In this document: positions 1 through 9,321 of the stretch, one piece after another | Layout of the letters: every line of letters starts with the position of its first letter | How positions within the stretch are numbered: the first letter of the stretch is position 1 | IMG/VR virus record: IMGVR_UViG_3300042991_000477 | Coordinates: 1 to 55,447 of that record | Origin: a virus | Taxonomy: Duplodnaviria; Caudoviricetes | Length of the DNA: 55,447 nt | Direction: 5' to 3' (one strand) | The notes under the pieces: model-generated | Told to the model about the DNA's origin: nothing | Databases searched by the model: none | What the model saw: only the letters and a program-made list of their open reading frames with translations | Program-made: the position numbers and the translations under genes

Positions 1-75
1 TTAATTTTAATTCATTTATCATAGTTAATTTGACATTACCTTTTGAATAATTATTTTCAAATGTTTTTAAATGTT

Positions 76-492
76 TCATATATTATATTTATTTTCATCT
101 AGTTTAATTTTAAATAATGCCAGGTCTTTTATAATTTCTTCTAATATTTTTTTATCTGGTGCTAATTTTTTTAAATCTTCAAGAATATTTAACAGATTTT
201 TTTCTTTTATTTTTAAAAAATATCCTATTTTATAATTAGTTGATGGATCTACTGTTGTATTGTTTACTCTTAATAATTTCCAAATTTGTTTTGTTATTTT
301 GAATATCTCTTCGTCTATATATGAATATTTTATCATACATGAGTATTCATTATCATGTTTATTCCAAAATTCAAAACTATAGAATTTTTTTCCGTAATTT
401 TTAAATAAAATATCTCCAATTGCAGCACCTATTGATCTTAATATTTCTTCTTCTTCTGCATAATAACTTTCAAATTTTTTTAAATGTTTCAC
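76..492 (-). CDS. KYNI-tail family protein with MKHLKKFE leader
   Basis: GTG start, N-term MKHLKKFES, C-term ENKYNI-stop. Confidence 0.85.
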   Translation of the reverse strand: MKHLKKFESYYAEEEEILRSIGAAIGDILFKNYGKKFYSFEFWNKHDNEYSCMIKYSYIDEEIFKITKQIWKLLRVNNTTVDPSTNYKIGYFLKIKEKNLLNILEDLKKLAPDKKILEEIIKDLALFKIKLDENKYNI

Positions 493-495
493 TTT

Positions 496-1458
496 TTATA
501 AATTATATTTTTTAACAGCACCATAAATAGTATATGATGATAAATAATCTAAAATTTCTTTATATCTATTTTTATCATTAAACATTTGCATTAATCTTTC
601 ATATACTTTAATATAATGTGAATTATCTTTAAATATCCATTTAATGTGATTTAAAATTTCATCTTCTTTATATAACCAAATATTAAAAAATAATTTATTA
701 ACATATAAAAGCATCATATCATCTGTAAAATATTTTCTAATTTTATCTATAAGTTCCATAGATACACCTTTATCATTATAACGAAGATTATCAACACAAT
801 CGACAAAAAAACGATTATCTATTATTTTTAATCCATTTTGAAATAATAAAATTAAAATATCTGTTATTTTTTGCCTGTGTTTTGGCCAATATTCGTATTT
901 ATGCAATAAATGAGAGAGATAATTGTTTTGTACTTTATCATTTTTATTTAAATTTATATTATTTTTAATAAAAAATAACACCATTTTTTTTACTTCAATA
1001 GAATATGTTAAGCAATCATAATTATTTACACTAATTAAATTTATATCTATTCCATCTCTCATTAATTTTTGATACGTGTCAACATCATATATTCTTTTTG
1101 ATGCCAGAGACATCATGACATTCATATTAAGATGATTAATTTGTTTAACATTAACTCCAAGATTATAAAATATGTTAAAAGCTGTTAAGCTTTTACAAAA
1201 GAATAAAACATTTTCTTTAAGAACAGTAATAGCATGTATATCTGGATTAAAAGTTAATATATAATTTATATGGTCAATATTATTTTTTTCTATTACTTTC
1301 ATTAAAAATGTTTTACCATCTTTTTCTTTTTTATTAATTATTTTATCTATTATGTGTTTATATTTTTTATAATCTAAAGACATTATAATATCAACTATTT
1401 CATCAAAAGATAAATTAACATTTTCGTTTATTCTAAATATTTCGTAATTATTAATCAT
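496..1458 (-). CDS. Ankyrin-repeat-like protein with KYNL tail
   Basis: Degenerate ankyrin units (DGKTFLMKVIEKNNIDHINYILTFNPDIH; LMRDGIDINL); ends VKKYNL. Confidence 0.7.
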   Translation of the reverse strand: MINNYEIFRINENVNLSFDEIVDIIMSLDYKKYKHIIDKIINKKEKDGKTFLMKVIEKNNIDHINYILTFNPDIHAITVLKENVLFFCKSLTAFNIFYNLGVNVKQINHLNMNVMMSLASKRIYDVDTYQKLMRDGIDINLISVNNYDCLTYSIEVKKMVLFFIKNNINLNKNDKVQNNYLSHLLHKYEYWPKHRQKITDILILLFQNGLKIIDNRFFVDCVDNLRYNDKGVSMELIDKIRKYFTDDMMLLYVNKLFFNIWLYKEDEILNHIKWIFKDNSHYIKVYERLMQMFNDKNRYKEILDYLSSYTIYGAVKKYNL

Positions 1459-1479
1459 TTTTACATGTTATGTTTTTTA

Positions 1480-1743
1480 TCATATGTTATATTTACTGGT
1501 GTCATACTTTTTTTCGTTTTCATAATTAATAATTTCTTCGGTTGTTGCGGTTCTATCAATAGCATCATGAAGTATATATTCTTTTCTACCACCTGATGAA
1601 AATGCTGCATACATAACAATTTCATCCATAACACCGATATAATTTTTTTCACCTGTTAGTTTATATATATTATTTTTATATAAAATATAATCACCTTCTC
1701 TATATTCTTGTCTATTTTCAAATATTTTAAATTGTGTTATCAT
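1480..1743 (-). CDS. KYNI-tail family small protein (SH3/KOW-like core)
   Basis: MITQFKIFEN...YREGDYIL...TSKYNI. Confidence 0.85.
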   Translation of the reverse strand: MITQFKIFENRQEYREGDYILYKNNIYKLTGEKNYIGVMDEIVMYAAFSSGGRKEYILHDAIDRTATTEEIINYENEKKYDTSKYNI

Positions 1744-2045
1744 ATGTTATATTTAATTGTTTCTGCTATAATCGGTAATATTTTTAAACATTCTTCTAAA
1801 TCATTTGATTCAAATAATATTTTTGGTTTAATATATTTAACTGAAAAAATATGTTTTTTATTATTATCTATTTTTGTTAATTTATCTTTATATAAATGAT
1901 AAATTTGAATCATTTCAAACTTATCATATGCATTATCATTATAAATTTTATTTATTTTTAAAATAGAATATGTTTTATTAACTATAATTATAATATATTT
2001 TTTAAAATTATTATCAATTTCCTCATATGTTTTTAAATATTTCAT
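1740..2045 (-). CDS. KYNI-tail family small protein
   Basis: MKYLKTYEE...TIKYNI; ATGA overlaps on both sides. Confidence 0.85.
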   Translation of the reverse strand: MKYLKTYEEIDNNFKKYIIIIVNKTYSILKINKIYNDNAYDKFEMIQIYHLYKDKLTKIDNNKKHIFSVKYIKPKILFESNDLEECLKILPIIAETIKYNI

Positions 2046-2317
2046 ATATTATATTTATTTGATGATGATTTTATTTTATATTCTTCAATTTCTTCTTCTG
2101 TTAAGTGTCTAATAACTTTATCTCTTTCTATGAATAATTGTCTGTCATCACTTAATACTACAAGATATGGAAAATATGACATATTAGTAATATAAACTAT
2201 AATTGCTAATCCGTCTGTTTCATAATCTTCATTGTGTAATGCATTAACATCTAATAACACATAATCATCCTCTTTAAAATCATGATTATTTTCAAATATC
2301 TTAAAATTTGTAATCAT
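2042..2317 (-). CDS. KYNI-tail family small protein (SH3/KOW-like core)
   Basis: MITNFKIFEN...FKEDDYVL...SNKYNI. Confidence 0.85.
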   Translation of the reverse strand: MITNFKIFENNHDFKEDDYVLLDVNALHNEDYETDGLAIIVYITNMSYFPYLVVLSDDRQLFIERDKVIRHLTEEEIEEYKIKSSSNKYNI

Positions 2318-2341
2318 TTAATATGACCTCAATTTTATTTA

Positions 2342-2350
2342 TATATATTA
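2342..2350 (-). promoter_or_regulatory. T(A/T)ATATATA motif, putative late promoter (one of about 15 copies)
   Basis: TAATATATA 25 bp before the start of the KYNI array; the same motif precedes many gene starts in the window. Confidence 0.5.
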
Positions 2351-2367
2351 AAAAACAAAATCAATAT

Positions 2368-2982
2368 ATGAAGAGTGAAACGCCAAAGGCATCTGATTTT
2401 AGGGAATTATTTCAAGAAAATATAGATAAGCTTAAAACAGAAATAGAAGAAACACAAGATGAATTGGATTTTGATCCATCAGATTTTTTTCCAGAAAAAC
2501 AAGATATAGATTTAAATATTCAAATAGAATTTCATGATTATGAAAGAGATTTAGAAATAATAAGAGATGAATCAAAAGAAACTCTTGAATGTTTAGCTAA
2601 TCTTTATTTGGATGAAGAAATCATGACAAATAAAAATATAAATAATATTATAACAAATGATGCATTGGCATTATCCGATTTAAAATTTTCAATATCATGT
2701 TCAAAAAGAGGTTTAATAAATTTAATGCGACAAATTGATAATGGTAGTGCGGATGCTGAACTATATCAAGCTGTATCATTATTTCAAAGAGAAATGAAAG
2801 AGGGTATAAATATGTTATATAAATTACAAAAAAGCATGAAAGATTTTTTTAAGGACCTTAAAAGTGAATTAAAAGAAATTAATGTGGGTAGTGCTGAAGT
2901 TAATGATAAAATGCATGGTTATAAAATTGCAGATAAAGATATTAATAAATCTATTGATAAAATAATGAAAGGTAAAAAATGA
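2368..2982 (+). CDS. Acidic helical hypothetical protein (weak resemblance to T4-like small terminase)
   Basis: Open frame; ATG 2368 preferred; LMRQIDNGSADAELYQAVSLFQ loosely recalls the gp16 core; function unproven. Confidence 0.55.
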   Translation: MKSETPKASDFRELFQENIDKLKTEIEETQDELDFDPSDFFPEKQDIDLNIQIEFHDYERDLEIIRDESKETLECLANLYLDEEIMTNKNINNIITNDALALSDLKFSISCSKRGLINLMRQIDNGSADAELYQAVSLFQREMKEGINMLYKLQKSMKDFFKDLKSELKEINVGSAEVNDKMHGYKIADKDINKSIDKIMKGKK

Positions 2983-2986
2983 TTAT

Positions 2987-3235
2987 TTATCTTTTTTTAA
3001 TTTCTTGAATAGCACCTATAAGCATTTTAATATATGTTTTCTTTTTTTCTTCTAAAAGATCACACATTTCTTTAGTATTATTTGCTAAATTTTTCAATTT
3101 TTCATATTGTTCATCAGTTAAATATACATATCTGATATTACCAAATTCATATTTAGCCTTTTTTAATTCACCTTGATCAGTTAATTCATAAGGATATTCC
3201 TTTTCTACTTCTTCATTATACTTTGTAACTTTCAT
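2987..3235 (-). CDS. Hypothetical protein
   Basis: Start at MKVTKYNEE minimises overlap with the upstream gene. Confidence 0.65.
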   Translation of the reverse strand: MKVTKYNEEVEKEYPYELTDQGELKKAKYEFGNIRYVYLTDEQYEKLKNLANNTKEMCDLLEEKKKTYIKMLIGAIQEIKKR

Positions 3236-3551
3236 TTTGAATTTTTTTGTTTTTATTAAAATATTTATCATAGATAATTTCTGCTGTATATTGATATCTT
3301 TTATCAGAATTTGTATCAATATCTAAAAGCACTTCTTGATTATTATCAAAAAACTTTTCAATATATGCTTTTGTATTATCTAATTGTTTAAAAGATTTTT
3401 CACTTATTCCATTAACTTGACAAATTATATTCATCAAATGATCAAATACATCATCTACATATGTTCTTTTTGGTATTTTCCAACCAAAAGAATTTGTTTC
3501 AAATTCTGTTGGTTTTTTATACATTTCGGTTATAAGTTTAACGTGTTTCAT
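3216..3551 (-). CDS. Hypothetical protein with leader-like MKHVKLITE
   Basis: ORF in the co-directional run. Confidence 0.75.
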   Translation of the reverse strand: MKHVKLITEMYKKPTEFETNSFGWKIPKRTYVDDVFDHLMNIICQVNGISEKSFKQLDNTKAYIEKFFDNNQEVLLDIDTNSDKRYQYTAEIIYDKYFNKNKKIQNESYKV

Positions 3552-3554
3552 TTT

Positions 3555-5432
3555 TTATTTCATATTTTTTAACCATTTTTCAGTTTTTAATTCTGATTCT
3601 TTAGTTATATATAAAAAATTTAACATGTTAAATATTATTCTCATTACACATTTTAATTCTTTTCTTTGTTCACCTCTAGATACATAAGCTTCATCAAGAT
3701 ATATATCAGTTAAATTGAATTTTTTAATAATTTTATTAAAAAGAATAGTTTTTTCAATTGACTTATTTTGTTTCCAATATAAGTTATTGATTTGGTCAGA
3801 TTTTAAAGTACCTGTTTTAATTTCTTCAAAATTAGTTTCTAACCATAATTCATATATATTTCTTAATCTTATATCTTTCAGATTTTTAATTATATCATCA
3901 TTATTAAAGCTACCTTGACTATTTACTATTAAATTATTAACAACTTCTCTTTCAACTTTTTCATTTATAGCTTCGTTTTCACTTCGAACATCTTCAATAT
4001 TAATTAATTTTTTATTTATTTCGTCTGGTTTTACTATTCTTTTTTTTTCTTCTTCTTCATTCCAAGCCATTTTAAGTTTCCAATTAACACCAGATAAATC
4101 ATTAATAATTTTATTTTTAAATAAATCTAAAAATTTAACACCTTCAAATGGTGCTTTATGACAAATACCAAATATATTTGATATTGTACCAATACCATCA
4201 TGTCCACCACTTGCTGTTCTACTATCTTTATAATTTAAATGTTCTTTAAAATTTGCTACTAATTGGTCTGCATACTTACCTAAATGTGAAATTGGATTAC
4301 CTTCTTTATCTTTAGGTAAATCATCAGCATTCATTTTTTTAATTTTATTATTTAAATCTGCAAATTGTATAGTATTGCCATATTGTAATATGGTGAAGTT
4401 TAATTTTGGATCATTAGGTACTTCACCATTTTGTAAATCAGTATGAAATATTGACTTTGCTCTTAATGCATTTGCCCATGTTCCTGATGGAACATACATC
4501 ACATTTCCTATTAGTTGATAAATACCTGGTTTTAATTGCCATCTAAAATGATCAGGATTATTTTTATCTATTTCAATAGGATATCCTTCTTCATCAAGCG
4601 GAGCATATGGTAAGTTATTAGCAAAATCTTTCCAAAAATCTTCTTGAGACATGTATCTTTTTTTGCTACCATCTTCGTTAAATCCTTTTTTAATGATGCT
4701 TTCACCTTTGGTTCTTTTTTGCATTTGAAGTATTCTATCTTTACCATCTTCAACAAATTCTGGCTCACTACCACTTATCCAATTTGGATTATTTTTTGGA
4801 TAAAAAAGTTTGAACAATCTATAAATATTATATATAGATGGCTCTTGTGATGAATGTACTACTTCTATTAATGTTTTATGATCACCTCTTTTTATTAATT
4901 GATTAAAAGATGCTGCAAATTTTAATTTTGAATTTTTACTTTTAACAATGTCTTTTAAATCAAATTCTAAAATACCTTTAATATCAATTTCATATTCTGA
5001 ATATTTTGCAGAATCTATCATATCAATCCAATCTTTGGTATCATTTGAAAATGATACACCTAATTGTAATGCTATACCTTCTGCTGCAGAATCTGTTTGA
5101 GTTTTTATTGCAAATTGTTTTTGTGTACGTGTAATGCTATTATCAAATTTACCGTGATGATCTATATAGATATCAACACCTTCTCTGTTTTCGGAAAAGT
5201 CAACAGCAACTATTATTAATTCTTTATTTATACTAAATGCATCCCAACTTTCTTGATAATTGATCACGCCGTATTTTTTAATTATAAAACCTTGACGTAA
5301 AAGGTAATTTTTAATTATGATAGCGCTAGTTGCGCCATCAAGATCATCATGAAATATTAAACATACATTTTTTCCAGATTTACCTTTTTTTAACCAATAA
5401 TTTATATCGTTTGGTATTCTTGGTGCGCTCAT
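3555..5432 (-). CDS. DHH-family phosphoesterase
   Basis: HDDLDG, VDFS and IDHH motifs, plus a DHHA1-like GGH. Confidence 0.8.
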   Translation of the reverse strand: MSAPRIPNDINYWLKKGKSGKNVCLIFHDDLDGATSAIIIKNYLLRQGFIIKKYGVINYQESWDAFSINKELIIVAVDFSENREGVDIYIDHHGKFDNSITRTQKQFAIKTQTDSAAEGIALQLGVSFSNDTKDWIDMIDSAKYSEYEIDIKGILEFDLKDIVKSKNSKLKFAASFNQLIKRGDHKTLIEVVHSSQEPSIYNIYRLFKLFYPKNNPNWISGSEPEFVEDGKDRILQMQKRTKGESIIKKGFNEDGSKKRYMSQEDFWKDFANNLPYAPLDEEGYPIEIDKNNPDHFRWQLKPGIYQLIGNVMYVPSGTWANALRAKSIFHTDLQNGEVPNDPKLNFTILQYGNTIQFADLNNKIKKMNADDLPKDKEGNPISHLGKYADQLVANFKEHLNYKDSRTASGGHDGIGTISNIFGICHKAPFEGVKFLDLFKNKIINDLSGVNWKLKMAWNEEEEKKRIVKPDEINKKLINIEDVRSENEAINEKVEREVVNNLIVNSQGSFNNDDIIKNLKDIRLRNIYELWLETNFEEIKTGTLKSDQINNLYWKQNKSIEKTILFNKIIKKFNLTDIYLDEAYVSRGEQRKELKCVMRIIFNMLNFLYITKESELKTEKWLKNMK

Positions 5433-5456
5433 ACTTATTTACTTTTAAATTTGAAA

Positions 5457-5464
5457 CAAATATA
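5457..5464 (-). promoter_or_regulatory. Bacteroidota-type -7 element TATATTTG
   Basis: Matches TAnnTTTG 25 bp upstream of the DHH gene; no clear -33 box. Confidence 0.4.
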
Positions 5465-5489
5465 AGATTTAATTATTAAAAAAAATTAT

Positions 5490-6257
5490 TTATTTATCAT
5501 TTTTTTTTGGAATCAAATATAAACTACCTTTTGATAGATTATTTATTCTTTTTGTTATACACAAATTAATTATATTTCCAATTATAGACGGATCAATATT
5601 ATTTATAAACCCATTTTTTATTGATATTTTATGATCTATATGAGGATACAAATCATTATTAAAATGTAATTTTTTATATTCTAAAATCATTTCATTATCA
5701 TAAAAATCTAATCCATTCCAATTTTTATATAACTCTTTAGTATATTTTCTCGTATAATTACGAACGGCTTTTTTATATAATTCAAATTCAGACAATTTTT
5801 CATCTGGTATTTGTTTACCACTCTTTATTCTTTTATTTTTTTCAATTTCTTTAATTTCATCATTTTGTCTAAAGTGCGCTACTCCATATTTTTCTATAAA
5901 AGTTTTTTTCATTTTATCTTTGACAAATTCTAATTGAAAAACATTATCAACATTATATTTTTTATTTAATGATTTTTTTCTATTTTCTTTTAATAATTTT
6001 AAAAATTTTTTATCATTACACTCTTTACAAATATATTTACCATTTTTATTAAAAACAATCATATAATCTTGATATTTAACATTTGTTTTATTTTCACACT
6101 CATCACAGGCACAATTTAACCTATAATGAGAACCAGATGATAATTCTTTTGGTTTGACTATAATTTTATTTTTACATTTAACATTATATCCTAATTTTTT
6201 ATAATGATTTATGTTATGATTAATAATTGTAACTTCAACAAATTTATCTAAAATCAT
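5490..6257 (-). CDS. Putative HNH homing endonuclease with Zn-ribbon and KYGV repeats
   Basis: CDEC/CKEC, KYNVDNVFQ and KYGVAHFRQ repeats, HIDHKISI...NLCITKRINNLSKG. Confidence 0.7.
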   Translation of the reverse strand: MILDKFVEVTIINHNINHYKKLGYNVKCKNKIIVKPKELSSGSHYRLNCACDECENKTNVKYQDYMIVFNKNGKYICKECNDKKFLKLLKENRKKSLNKKYNVDNVFQLEFVKDKMKKTFIEKYGVAHFRQNDEIKEIEKNKRIKSGKQIPDEKLSEFELYKKAVRNYTRKYTKELYKNWNGLDFYDNEMILEYKKLHFNNDLYPHIDHKISIKNGFINNIDPSIIGNIINLCITKRINNLSKGSLYLIPKKNDK

Positions 6258-6264
6258 TTTATTA

Positions 6265-6684
6265 TTAAATTTTCTTTGAAAGTAATTTAGTTAAATCGTC
6301 AATAAATTTATCTTTAAAGTTCATTTTCATGTTTTCAATTATAGAAAAATTTTGATTTCCTTTAATTTTTATACCTTCTGTTATTTTTCTAAGTTCAGGT
6401 TTTGCTGAATAGAATTTCAATAGTGAATTTACAAATTCATTAATATTTAATGATATTGTTTCATTATATTTAACAATGTGAAGTTCGTTATCTTTTTTTC
6501 TGAAAAAGAAATGAGTGTCAGAATATTTAGATTTTATAGTTTCTAATATATCTTTTATATGTCCAGAATTAAATTTTATTATCTTTTCATCTAATATTTC
6601 AATTCCTAAGTTATTGCCAGTTTTAGGTTGTAATAAAACATCTTCTTTAATATTTTCAAAATCAGTGTATTTTTTAATTGGCAT
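6265..6684 (-). CDS. Hypothetical protein, paralog of 30793-31176
   Basis: LHIVKYN..FVNSL..IKGNQNFSIIENM aligns with LQCIKYN..FVEQL..IEGNKHFSIIKNI. Confidence 0.8.
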   Translation of the reverse strand: MPIKKYTDFENIKEDVLLQPKTGNNLGIEILDEKIIKFNSGHIKDILETIKSKYSDTHFFFRKKDNELHIVKYNETISLNINEFVNSLLKFYSAKPELRKITEGIKIKGNQNFSIIENMKMNFKDKFIDDLTKLLSKKI

Positions 6685-6755
6685 AATATTTTTTGTTTTC
6701 TTTTATATATTAATATTTAAAATTAGTTTTTTAATTGATAGACATAATTTTAAAT

Positions 6756-6788
6756 AAAAAAACTCTCCTATAAAATAAGAGAGTTTTT
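6756..6788 (-). terminator. Intrinsic terminator
   Basis: AAAAACTCTC / GAGAGTTTTT inverted repeat with T-run downstream of 6811-7338. Confidence 0.6.
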
Positions 6789-6810
6789 AACCAGTATAAA
6801 TTAAATAATT

Positions 6811-7338
6811 TTAAATTTCTTGTGCAGGAATTTGTGCTGCTGCTGTTTGAGCTTGTCCTTGTCCTTGACCTTGAACTTGTACATTAGGTTTTTGAACTTG
6901 AGAATTTTGAATTGGTTGTACTTGAACTTGTGATTGTGCTTGAACAGGTTGTGTTTGTGCTTCTTCACCTTCTGGTGTTTCTTCAGATGGATCTTGTACT
7001 TGTCCTTGAACTTGTCCTTGAACTTGTGTTTGTGCTTGAACAGGAGATCTATCTGAACCAGTAACAATTTCAATTGGTAAATTTTCTATATTTAAATAGT
7101 TTTCATTAGCCCATTGAACTAATCTTTCTGCTAATCTTTTTTCACCCATGTCAGCTCTAAGATCTTTACCAGTGCTTTCTTTAACTTTTTTAATATAAGA
7201 ACTTATTAATCCTTTTGGTATGTCAACATCAACACTAACACGATAAACATCATCAATAGCGTCAACCATTTCATTTACTTTTGCTGGTACTGATTTCTTA
7301 CCTTTGAAATCATTTAAACTTAAAATATTTTTTGTCAT
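6811..7338 (-). CDS. Hypothetical protein with Gln-rich disordered C-terminus
   Basis: QVQGQVQGQ repeats; TTATATATA upstream. Confidence 0.8.
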   Translation of the reverse strand: MTKNILSLNDFKGKKSVPAKVNEMVDAIDDVYRVSVDVDIPKGLISSYIKKVKESTGKDLRADMGEKRLAERLVQWANENYLNIENLPIEIVTGSDRSPVQAQTQVQGQVQGQVQDPSEETPEGEEAQTQPVQAQSQVQVQPIQNSQVQKPNVQVQGQGQGQAQTAAAQIPAQEI

Positions 7339-7465
7339 TTTATCTAAATTATTTTTTTATTATACTATATATAAATTTTTTATTTTGATTTTTATATTTT
7401 TACCTAAAAAAATCATTTTTATTATATATTAAATAAAAAAAGCCGTTTTTTATTAAAAATATTAT

Positions 7466-7473
7466 TATCTTTG
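7466..7473 (+). promoter_or_regulatory. Bacteroidota-type -7 element TATCTTTG
   Basis: 14 bp before the first gene of the long plus-strand run. Confidence 0.5.
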
Positions 7474-7487
7474 CACAAAATATTTAT

Positions 7488-7943
7488 ATGAAAGTAATAA
7501 CATATTTTAAATCTAAAACAGGCACTACTAAATGTAATTATATCATTTACAATGATAATGTTTCGGTTAAGTCACAATCATCTTTAATACTTTTAAATGA
7601 GTATTTTAGAGAAAGGGATGTAGATTATTTAAAATCTATGATGGTATTACAAAATTATTTAAATAAAAGACATATTTTTTTATTAAAAACAAAAAAGACT
7701 GAAGGTGATTTAGTTTGTCATTATTGCAATAAAAAACATTTAGAAATAGGATTCAGATCTGTAATTTTATGTAATGCTAATAATGATAATAAAAATTTAG
7801 CAACAATAGATCATGTTGTTCCAGTTAGTTCAGGTATAGATCCATTAGATGAATCAAATTGGGTTATATCTTGTAAAAAATGCAATACTGAAAAAGGCGA
7901 TATGGATTATAATAAATTTAAAAATAAAAAAGAATTAGTATGA
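7488..7943 (+). CDS. HNH endonuclease
   Basis: CHYC...ATIDHVVPVSSG...NWVISCKKCNTEKG. Confidence 0.9.
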   Translation: MKVITYFKSKTGTTKCNYIIYNDNVSVKSQSSLILLNEYFRERDVDYLKSMMVLQNYLNKRHIFLLKTKKTEGDLVCHYCNKKHLEIGFRSVILCNANNDNKNLATIDHVVPVSSGIDPLDESNWVISCKKCNTEKGDMDYNKFKNKKELV

Positions 7944-8659
7944 AAGTAAGAATGTCAGGTGGTCCAGAATATGATTCCAAGTATGATTGGAATTGTTTTT
8001 GTCAAGGCGGAACATCAGGTATAGTATTACCAAAAGGTAGTTTTGATAAAATCTTTAGTGATGAACCATTAAAAGGTTTAGCAGAAGGTATGTCAAGTGA
8101 AGAAAGTTATACTACTGCATTTTTTGAAGCTTTTCCTAAAAATCCAAGCTGTTTTCTTAGGGGCGAAGGTGCAACAATTGAAGAAGCAGAAGAATCTTGT
8201 TGGAAAAAATACCAAAAGGTTCTTAATTGTAATCATGAAATGGAACGTAGAGATAGAACTGATGGTTATGCTTATTGTAAACACTGTTCTTATTCATCTA
8301 CTGTATTTGAACCACTTACAAAATGTTGCAAATGTGGTAAGCCAACTTCATATTCTAAAGATTATAAAGGTAAATACTATTGTAAAAAACATGCTCAAAC
8401 AAAGCCAAAAAATCCAAATCCTTCAAGATGGGAAATAACAGATAATAGATTATCTAGGAAAAGAAAAAAACTTTTGAAAAAATCAGCAGAATATGCTTTC
8501 CAAAAAAGTGAAATATTTGGTAAAGTTAAATTTACATACAAATTATTTATTAAATTTACATGTAATAATAAAGAAATTTCTTTATTGTTTGGTAAACAGG
8601 AAAAACAGCTTATTGAAAAATATAAAAATAAAAAATATGAAAAAAGGTCAAGTTTTTAA
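7940..8659 (+). CDS. Cys-rich (zinc-binding) hypothetical protein
   Basis: CNH, CKHC, CCKC and CKKH motifs. Confidence 0.75.
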   Translation: MKVRMSGGPEYDSKYDWNCFCQGGTSGIVLPKGSFDKIFSDEPLKGLAEGMSSEESYTTAFFEAFPKNPSCFLRGEGATIEEAEESCWKKYQKVLNCNHEMERRDRTDGYAYCKHCSYSSTVFEPLTKCCKCGKPTSYSKDYKGKYYCKKHAQTKPKNPNPSRWEITDNRLSRKRKKLLKKSAEYAFQKSEIFGKVKFTYKLFIKFTCNNKEISLLFGKQEKQLIEKYKNKKYEKRSSF

Positions 8660-9068
8660 AGCAAAAGAAATAAACAAAATAGTACATTTAATACTTATAG
8701 GATGTGCTATTTTAAGTTTTGTAGTTGTTAATCATATAGCTTATCCATCAACCACTGGAATGCTTATACTTGGAAATATGTCATTGCTTTTTATGTGTAT
8801 TGCTTTCTATGTTATGATATTTAAATTAATAATGTCTTTTACTTGGGATAGTTTAATAAAAAGAAAGTATGATATTAGAGATAAAAGACTTGTAAATAGT
8901 TATAATTTATGTCTAAAACATATTGAAAATAAGGATTTAGATAAAGCCACAATAATTTTTGTAAATGCCTTTAAAGGTAAAAATAATAAATATGAAGATA
9001 TATTAAGGGTTGCTATTAAAGCAGCAAATAATTATTCTTTAAATGATGAATATTTAAAATATGAATGA
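8637..9068 (+). CDS. Membrane protein with two predicted TM helices
   Basis: Two hydrophobic stretches; ATG 8637 preferred. Confidence 0.7.
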   Translation: MKKGQVFKAKEINKIVHLILIGCAILSFVVVNHIAYPSTTGMLILGNMSLLFMCIAFYVMIFKLIMSFTWDSLIKRKYDIRDKRLVNSYNLCLKHIENKDLDKATIIFVNAFKGKNNKYEDILRVAIKAANNYSLNDEYLKYE

Positions 9069-9318
9069 TATAGAATTACAATTAAAAGATTATCTTAATA
9101 AAAATCCTGAAATAATAAAAAAATCATTAGATGAAAATTATTTACATTATGACTTTATAAAAGTTAATAATGTAGAAATTGAAAATGATGGTTTTATGTT
9201 ATATTGTCAACTAACAGAAAATGTTGGTAATTCTATAACCTTTTTACCTATTCCTGAAAAATTTTTAAGAAAAATGAAATTAAATAAAATTAAATCTTAT
9301 CTTTGTAAAAAAAATTAA
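9061..9318 (+). CDS. RKxKL-tail family small protein
   Basis: Ends FLRKMKLNKIKSYLCKKN. Confidence 0.75.
   Translation: MNDIELQLKDYLNKNPEIIKKSLDENYLHYDFIKVNNVEIENDGFMLYCQLTENVGNSITFLPIPEKFLRKMKLNKIKSYLCKKN
9298..9305 (+). promoter_or_regulatory. Bacteroidota-type -7 element TATCTTTG
   Basis: 16 bp before the nadE start. Confidence 0.4.
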
Positions 9319-9321
9319 TAT

